A DNA stretch of 64,000 nucleotides from Kingella sp. (in: b-proteobacteria) (lineage in GTDB: Bacteria > Pseudomonadota > Gammaproteobacteria > Burkholderiales > Neisseriaceae): positions 74,006 to 138,005 of the forward strand of contig NZ_JAUMZV010000001.1 in assembly GCF_030527935.1 (NCBI RefSeq), read 5' to 3'. Position numbers and translations under genes: made by a program. Below the pieces are notes generated by a model. That model searched no databases. It worked only from the letters and a program-made list of their open reading frames with translations, and was not told the DNA's origin. This document shows, piece after piece, positions 1-10,351 of the stretch (position 1 is its first letter; each line of letters starts with the position of its first letter).

Positions 1-429
1 AACCAGCCTTTATCGCGCGTTTGGTATTTTTTGGAAACGTTGTCCAGCGTAATCATTTGGTTGTCTTTCAGAAATCAAAGCCCGTTGCACACAAACGGTA
101 CAACGGGCGTGGAAGAGTTTACACGTTTAGCTGTTTGCACCCGCAAGCTGTGTCAAATCGGTGTTTGGCGTATCAAATTAAGGTTAAGGAATGTAACGAT
201 TATTGCGGATAGTGTCAAAGCATTTTTGTTGCTATCAGTTATGCTTTTCAGGCTGCCTAATTGGTATCGCTGGGATGCAGCCTGAAAAGCGTTTGTAAAG
301 CCCAGCCAAATATAGCGTGGCGTAATTTTCGTTATTGCGATTATAAATTGCGCCGTCTTCAAAAAAAAATATATAATTCGTCGCGTCAATAAATCAAATT
401 TATCAACCAAACCTTAATTGGAGTTTGAA

Positions 430-1179
430 ATGTCTGTGCAAATCAAAACTGCTGCCGAACTAAAAGGCAAAAACGTCCCATCTGTTGTATTCCACACTCG
501 CCAAGACGATGCTTGGGTGGATGTTTCTACCGATGACTTGTTCAAAGGAAAAACCGTTGCCGTGTTCTCCTTGCCCGGTGCGTTTACGCCCACTTGCTCT
601 TCCACTCACTTGCCACGTTACAACGAATTGGCTGCCGAGTTCAAAAAACGCGGCGTGGACAGCATTGTGTGCATTTCTGTGAATGATACGTTTGTGATGA
701 ACGCTTGGTTGGCCGACCAAGAAGCGGAAAATATCACCGTTGTGCCCGATGGCAACGGCGAGTTCACCAAAGGCATGGGCATGCTGGTGAGCAAAGAGCA
801 ACTGGGCTTTGGCGACCGCTCTTGGCGTTATTCTATGCTGGTGAAAGACGGCAAAATTGAAAAAATGTTTATTGAGCCCGTTAAAGACGGCGACCCGTTT
901 GAAGTGTCCGATGCCGACACCATGCTGAAATACATTGACCCTAAATGGGAACCGCACGAGTCTGTTTCCATCATTACCAAACCGGGCTGCCCATTCTGCG
1001 CCAAAGCCAAAGCCTTGCTGAAAGAAAAAGGCTATGCGTTTGAAGAAATCGTGTTGGGCCGTGATGCTTCCATCACTTCCGTGCGCGCGATTACCGGCAA
1101 AGCGACTGCGCCGCAAGTGTTTATCGGCGGCAAATACATCGGAGGCTGCGACGATTTGGAAGCGTATTTGGCTAAATAA
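430..1179 (+). CDS. pgdX: peroxiredoxin-glutaredoxin hybrid protein (Prx5-type peroxiredoxin with C-terminal glutaredoxin domain)
   Basis: ORF 418..1179. The N-terminal half is Prx5-like with the peroxidatic Cys in PGAFTPTCS. The C-terminal half is Grx-like with a CPFC active site. The ATG at 430 is preceded by GGAG. This hybrid is known as an OxyR-controlled peroxidase in Neisseria and Haemophilus. Confidence 0.85.
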   Translation: MSVQIKTAAELKGKNVPSVVFHTRQDDAWVDVSTDDLFKGKTVAVFSLPGAFTPTCSSTHLPRYNELAAEFKKRGVDSIVCISVNDTFVMNAWLADQEAENITVVPDGNGEFTKGMGMLVSKEQLGFGDRSWRYSMLVKDGKIEKMFIEPVKDGDPFEVSDADTMLKYIDPKWEPHESVSIITKPGCPFCAKAKALLKEKGYAFEEIVLGRDASITSVRAITGKATAPQVFIGGKYIGGCDDLEAYLAK

Positions 1180-1324
1180 TCTGGCTTTATAGGTTCTAAC
1201 TTTCAAGCGGCACGACAGTTTTCTCCTCCTTTTCTGGCGTGCCCCCCGAGCAAATCTCTCCGTTAGGTTGTTCGGGCAGCTTAATTGTTTGAGTTAAGCT
1301 GCCCGAACAACCTTTTTTGTGTTT

Positions 1325-1363
1325 AGGCAGCCTGAAACCGCGTTACTCTGTTTCAGGCTGCCT
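1325..1363 (+). terminator. inverted DUS pair hairpin after pgdX
   Basis: AGGCAGCCTGAA(1325-1336) ... TTCAGGCTGCCT(1352-1363). Inverted DUS pairs are known to act as terminators in Neisseria. Confidence 0.5.
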
Positions 1364-1414
1364 TATCATTTCCGCTATAATAGACAGCCTGAAAACCTTT
1401 TAACGAGCTATTCC

Positions 1415-1852
1415 ATGATTGCCTTAATCCAAAGAGTTACCCAAGCCAGCGTTGCCGTTGCAGGCGAAACCGTTGGCAAAATTGACCACGGCTTGCTGGT
1501 GCTGCTGGGCGTTCAACACGGCGACACGCCAGCCATAGCCGATAAACTGCTGCACAAAGTGCTGTCTTACCGCGTGTTTGCCGATGAAGCGCAGCGCATG
1601 AATTTAAATGTGCAACAAGCAGGCGGGCAGCTTTTGATTGTGTCGCAGTTCACGCTTGCCGCGCACACGCAAAAGGGCTTGCGCCCCGATTTTGCCGGCG
1701 CGGCGAAACCCGATGCAGCGCAGGAATTGTATGACTACTTTTGCGCCCAATCTGCCGCGCGCATTGCCACGCAAACGGGTATGTTTGCGGCGGATATGCA
1801 TGTGTCGCTGGTGAACGATGGACCTGTTACGTTTTGGTTGCAAGTGTCGTAA
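1415..1852 (+). CDS. dtd: D-aminoacyl-tRNA deacylase
   Basis: MIALIQRV...SQFTL...GPVT matches the Dtd family over its whole length. The upstream part of ORF 1319.. is read-through of a DUS inverted pair, so I take the ATG at 1415 as the start. Confidence 0.85.
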   Translation: MIALIQRVTQASVAVAGETVGKIDHGLLVLLGVQHGDTPAIADKLLHKVLSYRVFADEAQRMNLNVQQAGGQLLIVSQFTLAAHTQKGLRPDFAGAAKPDAAQELYDYFCAQSAARIATQTGMFAADMHVSLVNDGPVTFWLQVS

Positions 1853-2150
1853 ACAGGGCGGCAAGTGGCGTATGGGTTTGTTTGCTGCTGTTATGCTGTT
1901 TTAGCTTCGCTACGCAGGCTGCCTTGGTGATTATCCATAGGCAGCCTGAAACGTTGTTATCACGCTCAAATTGGTTTGCATCCATTGCTGCCATCACAAC
2001 AAAATGCTTTTCAGGCTGCCTTATCCACCCACCCCCAAAGGCAGCCTGAAACCACGCTGTAATCTTCTTTCAAAAACGCCGCTAAAAGCAAAAAGCCCCG
2101 CTGGAAACACGGTATAATCGCCGTTTTTCAAGCAATACAAGGAATGGATT

Positions 2151-3623
2151 ATGCCAGCCATCAAACGAGATTTAACGCGCATTCGCCACAACACCAAAAT
2201 CGTGGCAACGCTGGGACCGGGTAGCAACAATGTGGATTTGTTGCGCGATATGATTAGCATCGGCGGCGTGCACGTGGTGCGCTTTAATTTTAGCCACGGC
2301 ACGCCCGAGTTTCACGAAGAAAACGCCCGCATTGTGCGCGAAGCAGCGCGGCAGGCGGGCTTGGAAGTGGCGATTATGGCGGATTTGCAAGGGCCGAAAA
2401 TCCGCGTGTCTAAAATCGCAGGCGGCAGCATTCAAGTGGAAGCAGGCGAAACCTTGCTGTTTGACGCGGCGTTGGAAGGCGAAGGCAGCCGCGAGCGCGT
2501 GGGCTTGGATTACCGCGAGCTGCCCAACGATGTGAAAACAGGCGATGTGCTGCTGCTGGACGATGGTTTGCTCACCGTTACCGTGGAAAAAGTTGTCGGC
2601 AGCGAAATCCACACCATCTGCAACAACAGCCACACGCTCAAATCCAACAAGGGCATCAACAAGCAAGGCGGCGGTTTGAGCGCGGGCGCGTTCACCGAAA
2701 AAGATTTCCGCGATTTGAAAACGGCGGTGAAGATTGGCTGCGATTATTTGGCGGTGAGCTTTGTGAAAAACGGCGAAGATATGCACATTGCCCGCCGCGC
2801 GGTTGCCGAAGAGTGCGAAAAATTGGGCTTGCCGATTCAACCAGGCTTGGTATCCAAAATTGAGCGCATTGAAGCGATTGAAAATTTGGACGAAATTATT
2901 TTGGCATCAGACGGCATTATGGTGGCGCGGGGCGATTTGGCGGTGGAAGTGGGTAACGCTGCTGTGCCTGCGCTGCAAAAACGCATGATTAAACGCGCGC
3001 GCGAATTGCGCCGTTTCAGCATCACGGCAACGCAAATGATGGAATCGATGATTACCAACCCTGTGCCCACCCGCGCCGAAGTGAGCGATGTGGCGAACGC
3101 GGTGTTGGACGGCACAGATGCGGTGATGTGCTCGGCGGAAACGGCTGTGGGCGCGTATCCTTTTGAAACCGTGCGCCAAATGGCGTTGATTTGCGCGGCG
3201 GCGGAGAAAGAGCAAGACACGCTGGTGGGCGTGGACGAAAGTGCCGTTACCGAAACAGGCGAAATCACCCACGCGGTCGCCAGCGCGGCGGTTTATGTTG
3301 CCAAACAGGTGCACGCCAAGGCGATTGTTGCGCTCACCGAAAGCGGTTCGTCTGCGTTTCATGTGAGCCGTTATGGCATTTTGATTCCGATTTACGCGCT
3401 CACGCCCAGCGAAAAAGCGCAACGGCGCATGGCGATGTATCGCGGCGTGCGTCCGCTCAATTTGACCACCAGCAAAGACCACGAAACCGCGTTTGCCGAA
3501 GTGGAAGCCCTGCTGCTTGAACGCGGTGTGTTCCAAGTGGGCGAGCAATATGTGATTACCAGCGGGCGGCGGATGCGCGAAACGGGCAGCACCAATTCAC
3601 TGGAAGTGCGGGTGGTGCACTAA
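2151..3623 (+). CDS. pykA: pyruvate kinase II
   Basis: 490 aa. Conserved blocks KIVATLGP, VRFNFSHG, DLQGPKIRV, ITATQMMESMI and the C-terminal GSTNSLEV align with PykA. AAGGA sits 8 nt upstream of the ATG. Confidence 0.9.
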   Translation: MPAIKRDLTRIRHNTKIVATLGPGSNNVDLLRDMISIGGVHVVRFNFSHGTPEFHEENARIVREAARQAGLEVAIMADLQGPKIRVSKIAGGSIQVEAGETLLFDAALEGEGSRERVGLDYRELPNDVKTGDVLLLDDGLLTVTVEKVVGSEIHTICNNSHTLKSNKGINKQGGGLSAGAFTEKDFRDLKTAVKIGCDYLAVSFVKNGEDMHIARRAVAEECEKLGLPIQPGLVSKIERIEAIENLDEIILASDGIMVARGDLAVEVGNAAVPALQKRMIKRARELRRFSITATQMMESMITNPVPTRAEVSDVANAVLDGTDAVMCSAETAVGAYPFETVRQMALICAAAEKEQDTLVGVDESAVTETGEITHAVASAAVYVAKQVHAKAIVALTESGSSAFHVSRYGILIPIYALTPSEKAQRRMAMYRGVRPLNLTTSKDHETAFAEVEALLLERGVFQVGEQYVITSGRRMRETGSTNSLEVRVVH

Positions 3624-3632
3624 CGCAGCGAT

Positions 3633-3666
3633 AAAAGGCAGCCTGAAACCTATTAGGCTGCCTTTG
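3633..3666 (+). terminator. DUS-based hairpin after pykA
   Basis: AAAGGCAGCCTGAAACCTATTAGGCTGCCTTT starts 10 nt after the stop. Confidence 0.5.
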
Positions 3667-3771
3667 TTATGACCTTGCCAAGCGCACATCAAGGCAGCCT
3701 GAAAACACGTTAACTCGTTTTCAGGCTGCTATAATCCCCCTTCCCTATTCACATCCACAGAAAGCCCCACC

Positions 3772-4554
3772 ATGAGCCGCATCGCTTCCACTTTCGCCCA
3801 ACTGGGCAGCCAAAAAGCCCTGATTGCCTACATCACCGCAGGCGACCCCAATCTCGCCACCACACTCGCCATGATGCACAGCATGGCAGCCAACGGCGCA
3901 GACATCATAGAGCTGGGCATCCCCTTTTCCGACCCAATGGCAGACGGCCCCACCATCCAACGCGCAGTAGAACGTGCCCTAGCGCAACACGTTTCCCTGC
4001 GCGATGTGCTGGCGGTGGTCAAACAATTTCGCCAAAGCAACGCGCACACGCCCATTGTGCTGATGGGCTACTTAAACCCCGTACACACAATGGGCTACGA
4101 AGCCTTTGCCCAAGCCGCTGCCGAAGCGGGCGTGGACGGCGTGCTCACGGTGGACGACCCCATTGAAACCATTGCCCCGCTCCAAACCGCCCTTGCGCAG
4201 CGCGATATAGACAACATTTTTCTGGTTGCCCCCACCACCAGCGAAGCGCGGATGCAAGCCATCGCCCAGCACGCCAGCGGCTTTGTGTACTACGTTTCGC
4301 TCAAAGGCGTAACAGGCTCGGCGCAGCTTGATACAAACGAAGTCGCCGCCAAAATCGCCGTGCTGCGCCAACACATCAAGCTGCCGATTGGCGTGGGCTT
4401 TGGCATCAGCGATGCCGAAAGTGCCGCCAAAATCGCCGCCGTTGCCGATGCCGTGATTGTGGGCAGCCGCATCGTAAAAGAAGTGGAAACGCATCAGGGC
4501 AACGAAGCGCAAGCGGTGGGCGCGTTGGTGCGTGAACTCAAAGCCGCGATTTAA
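3772..4554 (+). CDS. trpA: tryptophan synthase alpha chain
   Basis: 260 aa. LIAYITAGDP, ELGIPFSDPMADGPTIQ and VGFGIS are TrpA hallmarks. Confidence 0.9.
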   Translation: MSRIASTFAQLGSQKALIAYITAGDPNLATTLAMMHSMAANGADIIELGIPFSDPMADGPTIQRAVERALAQHVSLRDVLAVVKQFRQSNAHTPIVLMGYLNPVHTMGYEAFAQAAAEAGVDGVLTVDDPIETIAPLQTALAQRDIDNIFLVAPTTSEARMQAIAQHASGFVYYVSLKGVTGSAQLDTNEVAAKIAVLRQHIKLPIGVGFGISDAESAAKIAAVADAVIVGSRIVKEVETHQGNEAQAVGALVRELKAAI

Positions 4555-4601
4555 ATCGTCTGCACAACATTTATCTGCACGACATTTATCTACACTACGC
4601 C

Positions 4602-4645
4602 AAGGCAGCCTGAAACCGAGTTAAATCGTTTTTCAGGCTGCCTTT
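4602..4645 (+). terminator. inverted DUS pair after trpA
   Basis: AGGCAGCCTGAAACCGAGTTAAATCGTTTTTCAGGCTGCCTT. Confidence 0.5.
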
Positions 4646-4750
4646 ATCGCGCAATTTTGCAGAACGGCGATGGCTTGTCGTCGCCAGATGGTGCGAAGTG
4701 TGTAAACGTGTTCACGCATCGCTTGGCAAAGCCTGAAACCTTTGCAAAAC

Positions 4751-4848
4751 CTGTAACCGATGGAGCGTCGGCGGCTCGCCGACATCTTGGCAAATCATAA
4801 TGCGCTGTTTAATAAATGTTGGCAACGAGCCGTCGCCGCTCCATTTTA
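4751..4848. repeat. family-B hairpin repeat of about 100 bp
   Basis: CGATGGAGCGTCGGCGGCTCGCCGACATCTTGGCAA...TTGGCAACGAGCCGTCGCCGCTCCATTTT. An inverted copy lies at 16329-16425 and a degenerate one near 13300-13345. Confidence 0.55.
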
Positions 4849-4915
4849 GGTTTCAGGCTGTCATTGGGGGTTTCGCAAAGGCTTCAGCCTAATAACGCGC
4901 GGCAAAACCAACGCA

Positions 4916-4990
4916 AAGGCAGCCTGAAAACGAGCGAAGCGAGTTTCAGCGAAGCTAAAACAGCATCTTAAAAATCGTTTTCAGGCTGCC
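4916..4990. repeat. family-E DUS-associated repeat (DUS, then CGAAGCGAGTTTCAGCGAAGCTAAAAC, then DUS)
   Basis: Related copies lie at 28194-28262, 40612-40658, 46125-46160, 47260-47293, 47714-47750, 49849-49882 and 60916-60990. Confidence 0.5.
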
Positions 4991-5021
4991 TATTTCTGTT
5001 CGCAAGCATCAAGCCGCAACA

Positions 5022-5939
5022 TCAATCTACAAACGAAACCCCCGTCAGCTGCGCCAACTTCACCGCTTCGGCAATCGCCGCCAACGCCTGCGGGCGCACA
5101 AAGTTGCGCCGATACGCCAGCACAATGCGGCGGCTGGGCGCGGGCGATTCAAACGGCACAATGGAAAACAGCAAATGGTCGTTGTCCGTGAGCGCGGTGG
5201 AAGGCAACACGCTGATGCCCAAGCCGCTGGCAACCATGTGGCGAATCGTATTCAGCGAGCTGCCTTGCAGCGTGTTCGCCAAGCCCGCCACGCGCTGTTT
5301 TGCCGCCAATTCGCTGCACGAACCTAACACTTGGTCGCGCATGCAGTTGCCTTCGGTGAGCAGCAACACATTTTCTTCGGTGATGTCTTTGGTGGAAACC
5401 GCGTCCAGCTCTTCAAAGCGATGCCCCTTGGGCACAATCACAAAAAACGGCTCGTCATACAGCGGAATCGTTTCCACGCCTGTTTCCGCGTACGGCTCGG
5501 CGACTACAATCGCATCCACATCGGCGCGTTTGAGCATTTCGGTGAGCGCGGCGGTGTAGTTCTCTTCCAGCATCAGCGGCATTTTGGGCGCAACTTGGCG
5601 CATGGATAAAATCAGCTTGGGCAGCAAATACGGCGCAACGGTAAAAATCAAACCCAGCTTAAAATTGCCTTCCAACTGGCTTTGCTCTTCGTTTGCCAAA
5701 TAGCGAATCACTTCCGCTTCATCCAGCACGCGCCGCGCCTGCGTCACAATGCGCGCGCCTGAATTGGTGGCCATCACTTCGTTGCTGCTGCGGTCAAACA
5801 GCGACAAGCCCAGCTCTTCTTCCAGCTTTTTGATGGCGATGGAAAGCGTGGGTTGGCTCACATGGCAACGTTGCGCGGCGCGTCCAAAATGCTTTTCCTG
5901 CGCCACGGCAACAATGTAGCGTAGCTCGGTTAAAGTCAT
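5022..5939 (-). CDS. oxyR: LysR-family hydrogen peroxide-responsive regulator OxyR
   Basis: 305 aa. It has a LysR HTH (HVSQPTLS) and the OxyR redox region with the conserved Cys in [10 protein letters not shown] (E. coli LEDGHCLRDQ). Its start overlaps the minE stop (ATGA). Confidence 0.75.
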   Translation of the reverse strand: MTLTELRYIVAVAQEKHFGRAAQRCHVSQPTLSIAIKKLEEELGLSLFDRSSNEVMATNSGARIVTQARRVLDEAEVIRYLANEEQSQLEGNFKLGLIFTVAPYLLPKLILSMRQVAPKMPLMLEENYTAALTEMLKRADVDAIVVAEPYAETGVETIPLYDEPFFVIVPKGHRFEELDAVSTKDITEENVLLLTEGNCMRDQVLGSCSELAAKQRVAGLANTLQGSSLNTIRHMVASGLGISVLPSTALTDNDHLLFSIVPFESPAPSRRIVLAYRRNFVRPQALAAIAEAVKLAQLTGVSFVD

Positions 5940-6238
5940 GCTTTGTCCTTTTGTTTTTCAGGCTGCCCATCTTCGGGCTTGGTTTCGGGCAGCGTGATGT
6001 TTAACGCCAACATTTCCACGCCGTCTTGCTCTTCGCGCGTGATGTTGATGTCGTCCAATTTAATCTTCACATATTTAGACAACACTTCCATCAATTCTTT
6101 TTGCAGCGTGGGCAAATAATCAGGCGTTCTGGCGGTCTCGCGGTTGGCACGCTCTTGCGTGATGATGATTTGCAAACGGTCGCGCGCCACCGCCGCGCTT
6201 TGCGGTTTTCTGCCAAACAAACGGTCTATCAACGACAT
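5936..6238 (-). CDS. minE: cell division topological specificity factor MinE
   Basis: 100 aa. [11 protein letters not shown]...[12 protein letters not shown] matches the MinE N-terminal membrane-targeting and anti-MinCD region. Confidence 0.85.
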   Translation of the reverse strand: MSLIDRLFGRKPQSAAVARDRLQIIITQERANRETARTPDYLPTLQKELMEVLSKYVKIKLDDINITREEQDGVEMLALNITLPETKPEDGQPEKQKDKA

Positions 6239-6241
6239 GGC

Positions 6242-7054
6242 TTATCTCCCAAAAATTTTCTGGAAGAAGCCTTTTTTCTCGGCTTCCAAGAAACGGATTT
6301 CGCGGTTTTCGCCCAGCAAACGCGCCACCACATCTTGATACGCCTGCGCCGCAATCGCATCGTTTTGATGGATAACAGGCTCGCCCGCGTTAGACGCTTG
6401 CAACACATTTTGCGATTCGGGAATCACGCCAATCAACGGAATGCGCAAAATATCCTGAATATCTTGCACCGACAGCATCTCGCCTTTTTCCACACGCTCG
6501 GGCGAATAGCGCGTAATCAGCAAATGCTCTTTCACCGCTTCGCCGCGCTCGGCTTTGCGCGATTTGCTTTGCAAAATACCCAAAATGCGGTCGGAATCGC
6601 GCACGGAAGATACTTCGGGGTTGGTGGTGATAATCGCTTCATCGGCAAAATACAACGCCATCAACGCGCCTGTTTCAATGCCTGCGGGCGAATCGCACAC
6701 CACAAATTCAAAGTTCAAATTGGTAACCAATTCTTTCAACACTTTGCCCACGCCTTCTTTGGTGAGCGCGTCTTTATCGCGGGTTTGCGAAGCGGGCAGA
6801 ATGAACAGGTTTTCGCAATGCTTGTCTTTAATCAGGGCTTGGATGGCGGTTGCTTCACCTTGAATCACGTTAATCAGGTCGTACACCACGCGGCGTTCGC
6901 AGCCCATAATCAAATCCAGATTGCGCAGACCTACGTCAAAATCAATCACACAGGTTTTGTGTCCTTGCAACGCCAAACCTGTTGCGATGCTGGCGGATGT
7001 GGTGGTTTTGCCCACGCCGCCTTTGCCTGATGTAACCACAATAATTTTTGCCAC
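6242..7054 (-). CDS. minD: septum site-determining ATPase MinD
   Basis: 270 aa with the deviant Walker A motif GKGGVGKTT. GTG start with a GAGAG ribosome-binding site. Confidence 0.9.
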   Translation of the reverse strand: MAKIIVVTSGKGGVGKTTTSASIATGLALQGHKTCVIDFDVGLRNLDLIMGCERRVVYDLINVIQGEATAIQALIKDKHCENLFILPASQTRDKDALTKEGVGKVLKELVTNLNFEFVVCDSPAGIETGALMALYFADEAIITTNPEVSSVRDSDRILGILQSKSRKAERGEAVKEHLLITRYSPERVEKGEMLSVQDIQDILRIPLIGVIPESQNVLQASNAGEPVIHQNDAIAAQAYQDVVARLLGENREIRFLEAEKKGFFQKIFGR

Positions 7055-7145
7055 TTGAATACTCTCTTTCAGATTAAATGGTGAATGGGAAAAGGATAGG
7101 CAGCCTGAAAAGGGGGGCTTTTAGGCAGCCTGAAAAACAATTTCT

Positions 7146-7250
7146 GATGGTGTTCTAAAAAAGTATGTTGCACAGGGGTGGCTGTTTAATCCACCTACCA
7201 CCCTCCATCCTAACCTTCCCCGCTAGCGGGGGAAGGAACAGATTGCAGAG
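7146..7250. repeat. family-D related imperfect copy upstream of minC
   Basis: CTAAAAAAGTATGTTGCAC...CCTTCCCCGCTAGCGGGGGAAGGAACAG shares both arms with the palindrome at 55802-55895. Confidence 0.5.
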
Positions 7251-7379
7251 TTTTTAATCAATACTGTTTGCCTTAACAATAATTAAGTCAGCATCCTTAT
7301 TTAGGATACCACCCAATTTTTCAATTTAAGGCAGCCTGAAAACTATCGCCCATCCCACTTTCAGGCTGCTTGTGTATTT

Positions 7380-8303
7380 TTAATTCGCGTTAATCGCCAA
7401 AATCGCTAAACGCTCATCGTCTTGCAATTCGATCTGCACCGCCTTTTTGTGCAAAGACGGTGGCAAATCCTGTTCAAACACGCGGTAAATCCCCGCGATG
7501 GACACCAATTCCGCCTGCATGGATTGCAAGAAAATCCGCGCCGTTGTATCGCCCGATTCGCCCGCCAGCGCACGCCCGCGCATCGGCGCGTACACATGGA
7601 TATTGCCATCGGCGATAATCTCCGCGCCTTCGCTTACCATACCCAGCACCACCAAATCCGCCTGCTCGGCATACACCTGCTGCCCCGTGCGCACGGGCGA
7701 TGTAACGACTACGGTTTTACGCGCGGTTTGTATGGTTTCAGGCTGCCTTGGGCTGGCTTCTGCGGCTGGTGGTTCGGATGGTTCGGCAGCGGGTTCTGTC
7801 GTGTGTTCGCTGTGTTCTGCGATGGGTTCGGCTTGGTCAGCATGGTCTGCGTTTTCAGGCTGCTGATTATTTTCAGGCTGCCTTGGGTCTGTCGTTTCGT
7901 TTTCCGATTGTTCCGCCGCCGCATCATCAGCCTTGTTTACCTGATTGGCAGCCGCATCAGCAAGCGCGTCCGCATCCTTTTCAGGCTGCCGATGGGTTTT
8001 CTTGCCGCTATCCAGCCACAGCAAACCCGCTGCCTTTGCCGCTTCCGACCAATCTTTCTTGCCATGCTTCAACGCCACCACGCGCATATCACGCGCCGCA
8101 AACGCCGCCACCAACGCCGCAAAATCCAGCTCATCCGCCCGATTTATCCGCGTGGCATCCAAAATAAACGGCATATTGGCAAACTTGGCATACTGCGCGG
8201 CTTTTTCGTCCAGCAGCGCGGTCATCGCCGCCAAATCTGCCGTAAACAAACGCAGCGTCAAGGCTTCCAAGCGAGCGGATTTCAAATCAAAGGCTGATTT
8301 CAT
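7380..8303 (-). CDS. minC: septum site-determining protein MinC with an expanded acidic, Pro-rich interdomain linker
   Basis: The C-terminal domain ([31 protein letters not shown]) is MinC-like. The N-terminal domain is present. The linker is about 90 aa and contains several in-frame DUS copies (RQPE). I take the ATG at 8303; the listed ORF starts at a TTG at 8324. Confidence 0.75.
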   Translation of the reverse strand: MKSAFDLKSARLEALTLRLFTADLAAMTALLDEKAAQYAKFANMPFILDATRINRADELDFAALVAAFAARDMRVVALKHGKKDWSEAAKAAGLLWLDSGKKTHRQPEKDADALADAAANQVNKADDAAAEQSENETTDPRQPENNQQPENADHADQAEPIAEHSEHTTEPAAEPSEPPAAEASPRQPETIQTARKTVVVTSPVRTGQQVYAEQADLVVLGMVSEGAEIIADGNIHVYAPMRGRALAGESGDTTARIFLQSMQAELVSIAGIYRVFEQDLPPSLHKKAVQIELQDDERLAILAINAN

Positions 8304-8477
8304 GGTTTTGATTGTTTTATTCAATTAAGTTCGCAAGTTTACCGCGTTAGACAATATTACACAACCAATAGACAGCCTGAAACACCATCACCCAAATCAA
8401 AACCGATTGAATTTTAAAAACAATGCCTTTACAATGCCGCTTCCTTTTTTAACCACTTTTAACGAGAAGATAAGATA

Positions 8478-9620
8478 ATGAAAAAAACCCTGTTAAGCAC
8501 CGTGCTATTGTTCGCCTTGGCAGCCTGCGGCGGCGAAAACAACAACGCCCCAGCGCAAAACACCAACGCATCGGGCGCAGCCCCAACAGCCAGCGCAGGA
8601 GAAACCAACGCGCTTAATATCTACAACTGGTCAAACTATGTGGACGAATCCACCGTTGAAGATTTCAAAAAAGCCAACAACCTAGATTTAACCTACGACC
8701 TATACGAAAACAACGAAACCCTTGAAGCCAAAATGCTCACAGGCAAATCTGGCTACGATTTAGGCGTGCCCGGTATCGCATTCTTGCCCCGCCAAATCAA
8801 AGCGGGTGCTTATCAGAAAATTGACAAATCGCTTATCCCCAACTACAAAAACATTGACCCTGCCTTGCTGAAACTCTTGGAGCAAGCCGACCCTGGTAAC
8901 GAATACGCCGTTCCCTATTTTTCAGGCGTAAACACCTTGGCGATTACCGCCAAAGGCAAAGAATTGCTCGGCGGCAAATTGCCCGAAAACGGCTGGGATT
9001 TGATGTTTAAACCCGAATACACGCATAAACTCAAATCTTGCGGCATCGCGCTGTGGGACACACCCAGCGAAATGTTCCCCATCGTGTTGAATTATTTGGG
9101 CAAAGACCCCAAAGGCACCAACCCCGCCGATATTGAAGCCGCAGCCGCCGTGTTGCAAGCCATTCGCCCCGATGTGAAACGGTTTAGCGCATCGTATATT
9201 GACGAATTAGCGCGCGGCGATATTTGCTTGGTGGCTGGCAACGGTGGCGATTTGAACCTTGCCAAAGCCCGCAGCGAAGAAGTGAAAAACAACGTGGGCA
9301 TTGAAGTGCTCACCCCAAAAGGCATGGGCTTTTGGGTGGAATCTTGGGTCATCCCCAAAGATGCGAAAAACGTTGTCAACGCGCATAAATACATCAACTA
9401 CACGCTAGACCCCGAAGTGGCGGCGAAAAACGGACACGCGGTAACCTTTGCCCCCGCCAGCTTGCCTGCGCGTGAAAAAATGGACAAAAAATTGGTGGAA
9501 ACCCGCTCCATTTTCCCCACCGCGCAAGATATGGCTGATGGTTTTGTGATGCCGCAAATGTCGGACGAAGCGAAAAAACAAACCACCGCGCTGTGGCAAA
9601 AATTGAAAATGAGCAAATAA
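8478..9620 (+). CDS. polyamine (spermidine/putrescine) ABC transporter periplasmic substrate-binding lipoprotein, PotD/PotF family
   Basis: 380 aa. It has a lipoprotein signal with lipobox LAAC and PotD/PotF-like blocks throughout. Confidence 0.75.
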   Translation: MKKTLLSTVLLFALAACGGENNNAPAQNTNASGAAPTASAGETNALNIYNWSNYVDESTVEDFKKANNLDLTYDLYENNETLEAKMLTGKSGYDLGVPGIAFLPRQIKAGAYQKIDKSLIPNYKNIDPALLKLLEQADPGNEYAVPYFSGVNTLAITAKGKELLGGKLPENGWDLMFKPEYTHKLKSCGIALWDTPSEMFPIVLNYLGKDPKGTNPADIEAAAAVLQAIRPDVKRFSASYIDELARGDICLVAGNGGDLNLAKARSEEVKNNVGIEVLTPKGMGFWVESWVIPKDAKNVVNAHKYINYTLDPEVAAKNGHAVTFAPASLPAREKMDKKLVETRSIFPTAQDMADGFVMPQMSDEAKKQTTALWQKLKMSK

Positions 9621-9646
9621 CGTTGTTCTATCTTGGCAACTGTATA

Positions 9647-9685
9647 GGCAGCCTGAAAACGGGAATATGGGTTTTCAGGCTGCCT
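9647..9685 (+). terminator. inverted DUS pair after the potD-like gene
   Basis: AGGCAGCCTGAAAACGGGAATATGGGTTTTCAGGCTGCCT. Confidence 0.5.
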
Positions 9686-9748
9686 AATATGTGTTTACGG
9701 CAGCCTGAAAACCTATCTTCATTTACTCTTAACCTTGTAAACAAAAAT

Positions 9749-10285
9749 ATGAACACATCCATCTCTACCCAACCGCCCCGCCGCAATTTGCTTGCTGCGT
9801 TGATTTTCGCAAGCCGTTGGCTGCAACTGCCTATTTATTTGGGCTTGATTGTGGTGCAGGCGATTTATTCGTATAAATTTATCAAGCTGCTTTGGGGCTT
9901 AATCACCCATCTAAACACCATGGACGAATCCACCATGATGCTGGCGGTGTTGAATTTGATTGATGTGGTGATGATTGCCAATTTGCTGGTGATGGTGCTG
10001 ATTGGCGGCTACGAGACGTTCGTGTCGCGCTTGAATGTGGACGACCACCCCGACCAGCCTGAATGGCTGAACCATGTGAATGCTTCGGTGTTGAAAGTGA
10101 AGCTGTCGATGGCGATTATCAGCATTTCGTCGATTCATTTGCTGCAAACATTTATCAACGCGGGGCGGCTGTCTGAAAATCAGATGATGTGGCAGTTGCT
10201 GCTGCATTTGGCGTTTTTGCTGTCGGCGATTGCGATGGCGTGGACGGATAAAATTGTGTATGGTACGTCGCATCAGGCGCATTGA
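9749..10285 (+). CDS. YqhA-family (UPF0114) inner membrane protein
   Basis: The hydrophobic ~178-aa protein starting at MNTSISTQ matches the YqhA family. Upstream of that, the listed ORF 9593.. reads through a DUS hairpin, so I use 9749 as the start. Confidence 0.6.
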   Translation: MNTSISTQPPRRNLLAALIFASRWLQLPIYLGLIVVQAIYSYKFIKLLWGLITHLNTMDESTMMLAVLNLIDVVMIANLLVMVLIGGYETFVSRLNVDDHPDQPEWLNHVNASVLKVKLSMAIISISSIHLLQTFINAGRLSENQMMWQLLLHLAFLLSAIAMAWTDKIVYGTSHQAH

Positions 10286-10351
10286 TTGGGGTGTGTATAG
10301 GCAGCCTGAAACCTTTGCAAAACTCTAACAGCAGCCTGAAACACAAGAAAT

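Noticed and set aside
460-1206. Long antisense and overlapping open reading frames opposite real genes (for example 460..1206 -, 2172..2840 -, 6026..7030 +, 18284..19027 +, 41163..42074 +, 56187..57579 +)
   Set aside because: They lie entirely within well-supported genes on the other strand or in another frame. They are typical of GC-rich DNA, have no recognisable domains and have odd Arg, Ala or His-rich composition.
9593-9748. N-terminal extensions of yqhA (9593), dtd (1319), ribA (46177), dsbD (37105) and DUF2069 (17734) as given in the ORF track
   Set aside because: The extensions read through DUS hairpins (peptides such as FRLP, RQPE, GSLK). Conserved family N-termini, each with a better ribosome-binding site, start at internal ATGs.
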